NCBI GenBank assembly: GCA_903840435.1
Contig: CAIMFV010000006.1
Span: 22,415-86,414 of the forward strand
Source: an uncultured Caulobacterales bacterium
GTDB taxonomy: Bacteria > Pseudomonadota > Alphaproteobacteria > Caulobacterales > Caulobacteraceae
DNA length: 64,000 bases
Reading direction: 5' to 3'
Positions 56,217 through 64,000 of the stretch are shown in pieces; the first letter of the stretch is position 1, and each line of letters begins with the position of its first letter. The notes beneath the pieces were generated by a model. That model worked only from the letters and a program-made list of their open reading frames with translations. It did no database searches and was not told the origin of the DNA. Position numbers and translations under genes: made by a program.

Positions 56217-58430
56217 TTGAGGTCGTATCGCGTGATTACAGGTAGGCGTTTTGTCGGGTCTCAAAGCGGGCGCCGATATCGCACTTCGCTCTATGCCAGT
56301 GTGGCGCTGAACCTCGTCCTGCTCTCACCAGCACACGCGGCCTTGCGGGCGCAGGCCGCCCAGGTCGATCCCAACGCGCAAAGCGAAGTGATTTCGCCCA
56401 GCCTCACGCACGGCGCCTCGTCAACCTTGGCGCCGGATATTTTGAGCTTGCCGACCGGGGCGGTGAATTCGCCACCGCCCAAGTCCGCCCCGACCCTCCC
56501 CGCGCCGTCGACGCTTCCGCTGACACCCCCTGCGGTCCAGGACGTCCCCCCGCCGGTCATGGCGACACACGCGCCAGCACCGCCAGAGATAGCGCCGCTT
56601 CGAGACCCGCCTTCAGCCGCTCTGGCTGAAACACCGCGCCTCGATCCGGTTGCGTCACCGCCACAGACTGAACTCGCCCATGTTGCGGCGCCTCCTCCGG
56701 CGGAGCTTGAAATGTCAAGCGCGCCAGCTCAGGAGGTCACGCCAGCGGGCGGCGATCCGCCGGCCTTGGTGTTCGATATTGGCGGACCGGCCGAGCCGAT
56801 TTTGCGCGGCGCCTCTGGCGGCTCCGGCGACCCTCCGACCATGGTCTTCTCCGATCAGAACGCTCCGCGCAAAATGGATCTTGCAGCGAAGCGGCCCGCG
56901 CCTGCGGACCAGGGGGGCGATCCGGCGCCGAAATCCTTGCGTCTCGCACGCAAGGGGTCTGACGCGATTTTGCCGGTGCTCGGGTCGGCCGATCTCAGTT
57001 CGGTAATTGATGTCGTCTTCCCCGCGACTGGGCCAAACGCGGAGCGTGCAGACGGCGGTCGCACGGCGGATCGCAGGCTGGCCATTATTCCGCTCACGCC
57101 ACCTTCGCCGGATGAGCCCGACGATTCCCGCGAAACCATCGACACCCTGACCCTAGGCGACTATGTGGCCAGATCGGTGCGCCACAGCGAAGATTTAGCC
57201 GCTGACGGACAGGCCCTGACCGCCGCCAAGTATCAGGCGATCAACCGCTTGACTCAGCTTGGGCCCCATTTCGAGTTTCACGCCGATCAAGGTCACGAGC
57301 ACTCCTATTCCTCAGTCGGCACAACGCCCGTCGGCTTTCCGAACCATTTGCGCACCGATGCGCTGGCGACGATGAGCCAACCCCTGTTCGATCCGGTGGT
57401 CTTGGCCTCGCTGGACCGCGACCGGGAGGATGTGCGCGCCGCAGAAATGAAACGCCGCATGACCGAAGTGAATGTCGCCTATGAGGCGGTGTCGGCCTAT
57501 TTTGATCTGTTGGACGCAAGGCTTCAGCTTGAGCTCGCCTCGGGTCATTTGAAGCGGATGACCGATCTGGTCGGCTACATGACGCGCCGTACCGACCTCG
57601 GCGGCGCCAGTGATGCTGATCTTGAACGCGTCAAGGTTGTGGCGCTCACCGCCGAACGCAGCGAGATCGATGCAAAAGGGGCATTGGACGCCGCCCTGTC
57701 CACCCTACACCGACTGACAGGCATTACCGCCGTTCAACTTGCTGCACCGAGCAGCGTGCAACCGTCCTTGCCTGACGATTCCGACACCGCCTTTGCCCGA
57801 CTTGTCAAAACCAACCCTGATGTCCGCTGGGCCTATATCCAAATCAAGATTGCCCATGACGACAGCCTTGCGAGTTTTGCCCAGACCCTCCCGAAGGTCA
57901 CTTTCGACTTGGGGCGTTTTGTCGGCGTCAATGCCAGTGGCGCCAAGGGCTCGACGGTTGATGATCGCGCGCTGATCTCCGCGGTGTGGTCATTCGGTGC
58001 AGGCTCAGAGCTTGCGCAAGCCCGCTCCCAAGCCGCCCATCAGAATGAAATGAAGCACCGCTATTACAGCATTTTGCGGACAGCCAACGATCACCTGCAT
58101 ACGGCCTATTTGACCTTAAAGAGCCTTGATGGCCAACGCCTCGTCGCGTGGAAAGAGCTTCGTGCCAATAACAAGGTGACGGCGGCATTTGACGAACAGT
58201 TGTTCGCCGCCAATCGATCCCTCCTCGACGTACTCGATACCTACCAAAAATATTACCAGTCTAAAGCTAACCTCGTGCATCTCACGATCACCCAGATCAA
58301 GACCGCCTATCAGGTGCGCCAGTTGATCGGCGATCTGAACCAAGACAGTCTTGGCGACGACGCGATCCTTTCTGCCTCCGAGGTGGCGCAAGCGTCTGCC
58401 TCGGATGCTCCGGTGCGGAGCGCCCACTAA
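56217..58430 (+). CDS. TolC-family outer-membrane channel protein with long Pro/Ala-rich N-terminal extension
   Basis: Signal peptide; about 250-aa low-complexity PAPS-rich region; C-terminal 450 aa with TolC-like alternating coiled-coil/beta pattern; start uncertain. Confidence 0.55.
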   Translation: MRSYRVITGRRFVGSQSGRRYRTSLYASVALNLVLLSPAHAALRAQAAQVDPNAQSEVISPSLTHGASSTLAPDILSLPTGAVNSPPPKSAPTLPAPSTLPLTPPAVQDVPPPVMATHAPAPPEIAPLRDPPSAALAETPRLDPVASPPQTELAHVAAPPPAELEMSSAPAQEVTPAGGDPPALVFDIGGPAEPILRGASGGSGDPPTMVFSDQNAPRKMDLAAKRPAPADQGGDPAPKSLRLARKGSDAILPVLGSADLSSVIDVVFPATGPNAERADGGRTADRRLAIIPLTPPSPDEPDDSRETIDTLTLGDYVARSVRHSEDLAADGQALTAAKYQAINRLTQLGPHFEFHADQGHEHSYSSVGTTPVGFPNHLRTDALATMSQPLFDPVVLASLDRDREDVRAAEMKRRMTEVNVAYEAVSAYFDLLDARLQLELASGHLKRMTDLVGYMTRRTDLGGASDADLERVKVVALTAERSEIDAKGALDAALSTLHRLTGITAVQLAAPSSVQPSLPDDSDTAFARLVKTNPDVRWAYIQIKIAHDDSLASFAQTLPKVTFDLGRFVGVNASGAKGSTVDDRALISAVWSFGAGSELAQARSQAAHQNEMKHRYYSILRTANDHLHTAYLTLKSLDGQRLVAWKELRANNKVTAAFDEQLFAANRSLLDVLDTYQKYYQSKANLVHLTITQIKTAYQVRQLIGDLNQDSLGDDAILSASEVAQASASDAPVRSAH

Positions 58431-59131
58431 TGGCCGGGGGGTCCGATCCCCAAGGCGGGCAGAACTATTGGCCCGGCTTCGTCGACGCCTTGTCGAACAT
58501 GGTCATGGCGATGATTTTCCTCGTCCTGATCTTTGCAGCGGTGCTGTTCAACGCCATGCAAAATACCAGTCGCGCTGCCAATATGAAGAACACCGAAGCG
58601 CTGGAGCGGAAAACCAAAGAAAACGATGAGTTGCGCAAGCTTGTCGCAACGCTTTCCACGCAATTGCAAAGCCGATCCTGTGCCGTTCCGGCGGTCAGCG
58701 CCCAAGGCATCGCCGCGCCCGATAGTTTAATCAAAAGCGCTGAAACCGTCGCCAATGAAGGGCAGTTTCAAGCCGATACCAACGCGAAGGGGCCCTTGCC
58801 GCCGACGGTACGGGGGACCGGTGCCTTCTTGACCGTCGACTACCACTCACAATCCGTCACCTTGGACACCGCCGCCAAGGCTGCCCTCGATGCTGCCTTA
58901 GCGCGCGACCATATCGGTCGCGGGGTGGGTCGGGTCGAGATTATTGCCGAACAGGTCTCCGCCACCGGAGGCGCGACCGACGCCGAGCGTAATGCCTTCT
59001 TCCGCGCGCTGTCACTGCGCAATCAGTTTCTGGCCGAAGGGTGGAAGCCCAGCGACATCGTCGTGAAGCTGCCCTATCGCGAGAACGGGTCCGGTCCGGC
59101 GCGCGCCTTCATCCGCATATCGCAAAATTGA
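58430..59131 (+). CDS. MotB/OmpA-family protein (N-terminal TM anchor, C-terminal OmpA-like peptidoglycan-binding domain)
   Basis: WPGFVDALSNMVMAMIFLVLIF resembles MotB N-terminus; C-terminal OmpA-like block; start codon overlaps TolC-like stop. Confidence 0.6.
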   Translation: MAGGSDPQGGQNYWPGFVDALSNMVMAMIFLVLIFAAVLFNAMQNTSRAANMKNTEALERKTKENDELRKLVATLSTQLQSRSCAVPAVSAQGIAAPDSLIKSAETVANEGQFQADTNAKGPLPPTVRGTGAFLTVDYHSQSVTLDTAAKAALDAALARDHIGRGVGRVEIIAEQVSATGGATDAERNAFFRALSLRNQFLAEGWKPSDIVVKLPYRENGSGPARAFIRISQN

Positions 59132-59144
59132 GTAAGCCCGGCCG

Positions 59145-60473
59145 ATGAGTACACCCGTGTTAAACCTGTCCAGCAGGACCCGCCGCACGACCGGAGATTG
59201 GATTTCGGTTTGGTTCGATCTTGAGCGCGAGCATACGCCCTTACCCGCCCTGTTTGCGGCGGTTTTCGGCCTCGCGGCCTTTGTCACCTATGCCTGCCTC
59301 GCCAAGGTCGACCGAGTGGTGCAGGGCCAAGGGCGGGTGGTGCCGAGCGAAAGCACCCAGACGATCCAGCACCTGGAAGGGGGCATGATTTCGCAGATTC
59401 TGGTTTCTGAGGGCCAGACGGTGAAAAAGGGCGACCTGCTGGCGCGGGTTCGCGACCTCGATGCCACTGATGCTTTGAATGAAAACCAGGTCAAGGGGCT
59501 TGCTCTTCGTGCCCGAGTGGCGCGGTTGGAAGCCGAAGCGAGTGGCGCAGGCGCGGTGCAAATTCCTCCTGGCCTCAGTGCGCAAACGCCAGAAATGGCG
59601 TCAGAATTGGCAACTTTTCGTGCCCGCCGTTTGACCCGAGACGAGGCGGCCGCCAGCCAAAGAGCTGCACTCGATCAAAAGCGCGGCGAGTATGGCGAGG
59701 CTAATCAAAAACTGACCAATTATCGGGCCGAGCATGAGACCGCGCTGAAACAGCTGTCGGTAATGACCAGTCTGCGCAACGCTCATGCCGCATCGCAGAT
59801 CGAGCTTCTCGACGCCCAGGCCCGCGAGCAACGGCTTGACAGTCTGATCCGTGAAACCTCAGCGCTGCTGCCGGGTTTGCGCGCCGCCATTGATGAGGCG
59901 TCGTCGCGGTTGAGCCAGGGGGAGGCGCAATTCCGATCCGAGGCAGCGGCGGAACTGACCGCTTCCAAGGTTGAGTTGATGCGCTCTGATGTGGACAGGC
60001 GCGGCGTCGCGGATCGGCTAAGCCGAACCGATGTGCGGGCCCCGACCGACGGGGTGGTCAACCACATATTGGTGAAAACGGTCGGCGGGGTCATTCGCCC
60101 TGGCGAGCCCTTGATGGAATTGACCCCTATGGGCGGGCCGCTGGTGATTGAGGGGCGGGTTCGGCCGGGAGATCGGGGAGAATTGCGACCGGGTCTGGAT
60201 GCGTCGGTGCGGATCAACGCCTATGACTATGGCGCGCTGGGCGGGCTTCCCGCCCGGCTTGACGATATCAGCGCCGATACCTTGGCCGATGAGCGTGGCG
60301 AGCGATATTATCGATTGAAATTAACCGTACGCCGGGAAAAGCTTTCCGGCCTTACGGTCTATCCGGGGATGACCACCACGGTCAATGTGGTGGTGGGGCG
60401 TCGCGCCATCATCCAATATTTGCTCTCGCCTGTGTTTCACTTCGCTGACGTGGCGCTGAAAGAGGCCAAGTAG
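59145..60473 (+). CDS. HlyD-family type I secretion periplasmic adaptor (membrane fusion protein)
   Basis: N-terminal TM, biotinyl-lipoyl-like hairpin (VVPSESTQTIQHLEGGMISQILVSEGQTVKKGDLLARV), long coiled coil, C-terminal beta domain. Confidence 0.8.
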   Translation: MSTPVLNLSSRTRRTTGDWISVWFDLEREHTPLPALFAAVFGLAAFVTYACLAKVDRVVQGQGRVVPSESTQTIQHLEGGMISQILVSEGQTVKKGDLLARVRDLDATDALNENQVKGLALRARVARLEAEASGAGAVQIPPGLSAQTPEMASELATFRARRLTRDEAAASQRAALDQKRGEYGEANQKLTNYRAEHETALKQLSVMTSLRNAHAASQIELLDAQAREQRLDSLIRETSALLPGLRAAIDEASSRLSQGEAQFRSEAAAELTASKVELMRSDVDRRGVADRLSRTDVRAPTDGVVNHILVKTVGGVIRPGEPLMELTPMGGPLVIEGRVRPGDRGELRPGLDASVRINAYDYGALGGLPARLDDISADTLADERGERYYRLKLTVRREKLSGLTVYPGMTTTVNVVVGRRAIIQYLLSPVFHFADVALKEAK

Positions 60474-60486
60474 CTGCGCGACCTGA

Positions 60487-61464
60487 CTAGAAGGCGGTCG
60501 GGCTTTCCGCTTTCGGGTCATTATAGGTTAGGGCCAGAAAGACGTCTTCCAGGTCCGGCTCTTCGGTGGACAGGTCTTTAATCCCGACGCCCGCCGCCTT
60601 CACAGCATTGAGCACATCCTCAACCGACGCCTGGTCGGATTTGAAGGTGATGGCAAGCCGTCCATCTGGGCGCAGCTTCGCCTCAAAGCCCTGGAGGCGC
60701 GGCGCGGCGGTGAGGGGGGCCAAGGGTTGGATAATGACCGCGCGGCTGTCCAATCGCTTCAACAGATCCGCGGTCGGTTCACAGGCGACGACCTGCCCCC
60801 GGTTAATGATGGCGATTTGATCGCAGAGCTCTTGCGCCTCTTCAAGATAGTGGGTGGTGAGCACAATGGTCACGCCAGCGGCGTTCAACTCGCGAACATA
60901 GGCCCAAAGCTGGCGGCGCAGCTCGACATCGACACCGGCGGTCGGCTCGTCAAGGATAAGCACAGGCGGATTGTGCACCAGGGCCTTGGCCACCATCAGC
61001 CGGCGTTTCATGCCGCCGGAAAGCTGGCGCACATAGGCTTCCGCCTTATCGCCGAGCCCAAGGGCGTTTAAAATCTCAAGACTGCGGCGTTCTGCCCTGG
61101 GCACGCCATAAAGCCCTGCCTGTACCTCAAGACTTTCCCGAGGGGTGAAGAAGAAGTCGGCAGCGATTTCCTGCGGCACGACGCCGATGGCGGCACGGGC
61201 GGATCTCGGCTGTTGATCAATATCGAGCCCCCAGACCTTGACCTCTCCGGAGGTCTTGCGAACAAGGCCTGCCAAGATGTTGATAAAGGTCGATTTGCCC
61301 GCGCCATTCGGTCCAAGCAGTCCAAAAATCGATCCGCGCGGGATGCTGAGGTCGACACCGCGCAAAGCCTCCTTGGCGGGCGAGGTTTTGCTCGCCGGAT
61401 AGGTTTTGGTCAGCCCTCGGGCAGTGATGGCGTCGTCGGGCAGGTCGTCAGTCGAAAAGGCCAT
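60487..61464 (-). CDS. ABC transporter ATP-binding protein (ABC-2/NosF-like with C-terminal extension); no permease gene adjacent
   Basis: Walker A GPNGAGKST, LSGGMKRR signature, Walker B ILDEPT. Confidence 0.85.
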   Translation of the reverse strand: MAFSTDDLPDDAITARGLTKTYPASKTSPAKEALRGVDLSIPRGSIFGLLGPNGAGKSTFINILAGLVRKTSGEVKVWGLDIDQQPRSARAAIGVVPQEIAADFFFTPRESLEVQAGLYGVPRAERRSLEILNALGLGDKAEAYVRQLSGGMKRRLMVAKALVHNPPVLILDEPTAGVDVELRRQLWAYVRELNAAGVTIVLTTHYLEEAQELCDQIAIINRGQVVACEPTADLLKRLDSRAVIIQPLAPLTAAPRLQGFEAKLRPDGRLAITFKSDQASVEDVLNAVKAAGVGIKDLSTEEPDLEDVFLALTYNDPKAESPTAF

Positions 61465-61616
61465 AAGGGTCCTTGGCTTGAAAGGCGGTGAATACAGGGC
61501 GCGATCTGGGGCTTAGCGGGACTTTGAAGCTCAACGAGCGACACGGTTTGAATTGACGCGAAGGCGCCGGTCGATCATTAGGTAACGCCGTCTAACCCCC
61601 TTGCCAAGCTGGAGCT

Positions 61617-61853
61617 GTGACAGCCGTCATGTCCGCCCATTCGTCCTCCAACCCTGTTGCGGTTCCGCAGGCCCAGTCCGTCTCCGAGAAGGCCGAAATT
61701 CCGCCGCCGGAAGTGGTCGTGGTCACCAGCCATCGTATTGCCTGCGATGGCGATGGTGGGGCCTTGGGTCACCCGCGCATTTTCTTGGAATTGGGCGACA
61801 AGCCGTTTGTCGAATGCCCCTATTGCGACCGCCGTTTCGTGGCGCACGCCTAG
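61617..61853 (+). CDS. Small zinc-finger domain protein
   Basis: 78 aa with HRIAC...CPYCDRRF Cys/His cluster; immediately upstream of argG. Confidence 0.45.
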   Translation: MTAVMSAHSSSNPVAVPQAQSVSEKAEIPPPEVVVVTSHRIACDGDGGALGHPRIFLELGDKPFVECPYCDRRFVAHA

Positions 61854-61867
61854 ATATTTAAAGGATC

Positions 61868-63112
61868 ATGTCGATGACGAAAGCCGGTGCGTCGGTGAAA
61901 AAAGTCGTGCTTGCCTATTCCGGCGGGCTGGACACCTCCATCATCCTCAAATGGCTGCAAACCGAATATGGCGCGGAAGTTGTCACCTTCACCGCTGACC
62001 TCGGCCAAGGCGAAGAACTGGGCCCGGCCAAGGATAAGGCTTTGCTGCTCGGCGTGAAGCCCGAGAACATCTTTGTCGAGGATTTGCGCGAAGAATTTGT
62101 CCGCGACTATGTCTTCCCGATGTTTCGCGCCAATACGGTCTATGAAGGCCAATATCTTTTGGGCACATCCATCGCCCGTCCCCTGATCGCCAAGACCCAA
62201 ATCGACATTGCCCGAAAGGTCGGCGCCGATGCGGTGTGTCACGGGGCGACGGGCAAGGGCAATGACCAGGTCCGCTTCGAACTCGGCTACTATGCGCTCG
62301 AGCCCGATATCCACGTCATCGCCCCTTGGCGTGAATGGGAATTCAAGAGCCGCGAGGCCCTGCTTGCCTTTGCCGAGGCCCACCAGATTCCGATTTCCAA
62401 GGATAAGCGCAACGAGGCGCCGTTTAGCGTTGACGCCAATCTCCTGCACTCGTCTTCAGAGGGCAAGGTGCTCGAGGACCCCAGCGTCGAAGCCCCGGAA
62501 TATGTCCATATGCGCACCATCGCGCCGGAGGACGCCCCAGATCAGCCCACGGTTATCACCCTAGATTTCGTCCATGGCGATCCGGTCGCCATTGATGGCG
62601 AGGCCCTGAGCCCGGCCTCCCTGCTGACCAAATTGAATCAGCTTGGCCATGATAATGGCGTTGGCCGCCTTGATCTGGTTGAGAACCGCTTTGTCGGCAT
62701 GAAGTCGCGCGGGGTCTATGAAACGCCGGGCGGCGCCATTCTCTTAGCGGCACACCGAGGCATGGAATCCATCACCCTCGACCGTGGGGCCGGGCACCTC
62801 AAGGACGAGATCATGCCGCGCTATGCGAGTTTGATCTATAACGGCTTTTGGTTCTCTCCCGAGCGCGAAATGCTCCAGGCCCTGATCGACAAGAGCCAAG
62901 AGTCTGTCACGGGTCAGGTGCGCGTGAAGCTCTATAAGGGGAATGTCACCATTATCGGCCGCACCTCGCCCTATTCCCTATACGACCAGGACCTCGTCAC
63001 CTTTGAAGAAGGCAAGGTCGCGTATGACCAACGCGACGCCGCTGGCTTTATCCGCCTAAACGCCCTCCGATTGCGTGTCCTGGCCCAACGCGACCGCCGC
63101 TCTGCCGGTTAA
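61868..63112 (+). CDS. argG: Argininosuccinate synthase
   Basis: [11 protein letters not shown]-loop motif, about 410 aa type I ArgG. Confidence 0.9.
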   Translation: MSMTKAGASVKKVVLAYSGGLDTSIILKWLQTEYGAEVVTFTADLGQGEELGPAKDKALLLGVKPENIFVEDLREEFVRDYVFPMFRANTVYEGQYLLGTSIARPLIAKTQIDIARKVGADAVCHGATGKGNDQVRFELGYYALEPDIHVIAPWREWEFKSREALLAFAEAHQIPISKDKRNEAPFSVDANLLHSSSEGKVLEDPSVEAPEYVHMRTIAPEDAPDQPTVITLDFVHGDPVAIDGEALSPASLLTKLNQLGHDNGVGRLDLVENRFVGMKSRGVYETPGGAILLAAHRGMESITLDRGAGHLKDEIMPRYASLIYNGFWFSPEREMLQALIDKSQESVTGQVRVKLYKGNVTIIGRTSPYSLYDQDLVTFEEGKVAYDQRDAAGFIRLNALRLRVLAQRDRRSAG

Positions 63113-63157
63113 CTGTTCCGGCGACGCCTTTTGCGTTCGACATGCGCGCGGGAGGTG

Positions 63158-63670
63158 TTGAAAAAACACAGCTTTCCGCCGCTCATCCCGGCGAAGGCCG
63201 GGGTCCAGGGACTGGCCCGCCGAGGTTTGGGGATGATCTCCTGGATACCGGCCTTCGCAGGTCATGAGCGGAAGAGATTGAAATTCCACATAAAAACCGC
63301 TCACCCCGGCGCAGGCCGGGGTCCAGGGACTGGCCCGCCGAGGTTTGGGGAGGATCCCCTGGATACCGGCCTTCGCCGGTATGAGCGGATGTAATTGATA
63401 TCCCACATAAAAACCGCTCACCCCGGCGTAGGCCGGGGTCCCGGGACTGGCCCGCCGAGGTTTGGGGATGATCTCCTGGATACCGGCCTCCGCCGGTATG
63501 AGCGGATTTAATTGAAAAAACACAGCTTTCCGCTGCTCCTCTCGGCGCAGGCCGGGAACCAGGGACGGGCCTGCTGAGGTTTGGAGATGATCTCCTGGAT
63601 ACCGGCCTTCGCCGGTATGAGCGGATTTAATTGAAAAAACACAGCTTTCCGCCGCTCACCGCCACCTAGT
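63158..63670. repeat. About 4.3 tandem copies of an about 122-bp REP/MITE-like unit with internal 14-bp inverted repeat (CCGGCGAAGGCCGG ... CCGGCCTTCGCCGG)
   Basis: Seen directly: units begin TTGAAAAAACACAGCTTTCCGCCGCTCA / TTGAAATTCCACATAAAAACCGCTCACC; each predicted to form long stem-loop; ORFs called across it are artefacts. Confidence 0.8.
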
Positions 63671-63726
63671 TTAGGGTGTCTCGTTGGGACACTTCTCTAA
63701 CTCCGTTGGATAGAAATGCGAGAGCG

Positions 63727-63969
63727 TCAAAACTCAGGCACCGCAGTGTAGGCCCAAGCCTTTATCAACCATCCTTTTTCGGTCTTGGTCAGAGCGAGCG
63801 TGAATGTTCCCGCAGATCTGTATACTTGGCTGGAAGTCTTGACAGTTATAATCGACCCGAGGATGACGTAGCCGTTCTCTCCGTGCATCATCTCGTAACG
63901 CGGTGGGTCGAATCTAACCGACACGTTCGAGCCCCCCATATACTTTTGCAGATCAGTCCCCCATGCCAA
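63727..63969 (-). CDS. Hypothetical protein, NTF2-like/DUF4440-like fold, possibly 5'-partial at window edge
   Basis: ORF with native GC; ends in beta-rich region (KGWLIKAWAYTAV); may extend beyond 64000. Confidence 0.35.
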   Translation of the reverse strand: MAWGTDLQKYMGGSNVSVRFDPPRYEMMHGENGYVILGSIITVKTSSQVYRSAGTFTLALTKTEKGWLIKAWAYTAVPEF

Positions 63970-64000
63970 AAGCGCCGACGGGCCTGTCCAGACAAAGGGA

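Noticed and set aside
63056-63523. ORFs 63056-63523 (-) and 63131-63394 (+) across the 122-bp repeats; also considered as a CRISPR array
   Set aside because: Whole units, including the would-be spacers, are about 90% identical to each other, and there are no Cas genes. This is a REP/MITE-type repeat and not a CRISPR array. The ORFs are artefacts of a repeated sequence lacking stops.

Overview
This is a high-GC (about 65%) chromosomal window, probably alphaproteobacterial. Most of it is conserved housekeeping synteny. The plus and minus strands carry a gtrB-like/methyltransferase/gtrA glycan-modification cluster, pgi, trxA, addA-addB, murU-amgK-tsaE, a ferredoxin reductase with a 2Fe-2S ferredoxin, phaB-phaA, an aldehyde dehydrogenase, rpmB, panB-panC, folD, rsmD, nudC, SRP RNA (ffs) followed by dnaX-ybaB-recR, a TolC/MotB-like/HlyD cluster, and argG.

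Three stretches are clearly accessory.

(1) 27.5-29.3 kb is a sharply AT-rich island of about 40% GC. It carries one 414-aa gene whose C-terminus has a PD-(D/E)xK-like nuclease motif (TDIL...IFIAECK). I read this as a Shedu-like single-gene defence candidate. A VapB/VapC (FitAB-like) toxin-antitoxin pair follows, with three TTGATATCAA operator palindromes upstream of the antitoxin. A roughly 1-kb stretch of decayed gene remnants lies next to the pair.

(2) 43.4-51.9 kb is the most unusual locus. It is an 8.5-kb minus-strand tandem array built from two paralogous gene families. Family B has two intact copies and two decayed copies. Each is a 254-aa protein with no signal peptide that carries an SLT-type lytic transglycosylase motif and a C-terminal LysM domain. 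Family A has six copies of about 305-340 aa. Each has a signal peptide and Cys-pair domains resembling DUF1311/LprI, the lysozyme-inhibitor fold. Their N-terminal halves are divergent and their C-terminal halves nearly identical. The family A signal-peptide codons are AT-rich, and in two cases the A start overlaps the conserved 3' end of the preceding B gene. A conserved palindrome (CGC[GC]ACGTGACA..CGTCGCG) recurs after the A genes. I interpret the array as a previously undescribed peptidoglycan-hydrolase effector plus LprI-like immunity array, meaning polymorphic toxin-immunity with orphan immunities. No secretion apparatus lies immediately adjacent, though a partial T1SS-like cluster sits about 4 kb away.

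(3) Two repeat arrays: nine copies of an 18-bp tandem repeat fill the convergent recR/SPOR-gene intergenic region, and about 4.3 copies of a 122-bp REP/MITE-like palindromic unit lie downstream of argG.

No CRISPR array, rRNA or tRNA was found. Many long antisense ORFs in the ORF track are GC artefacts.
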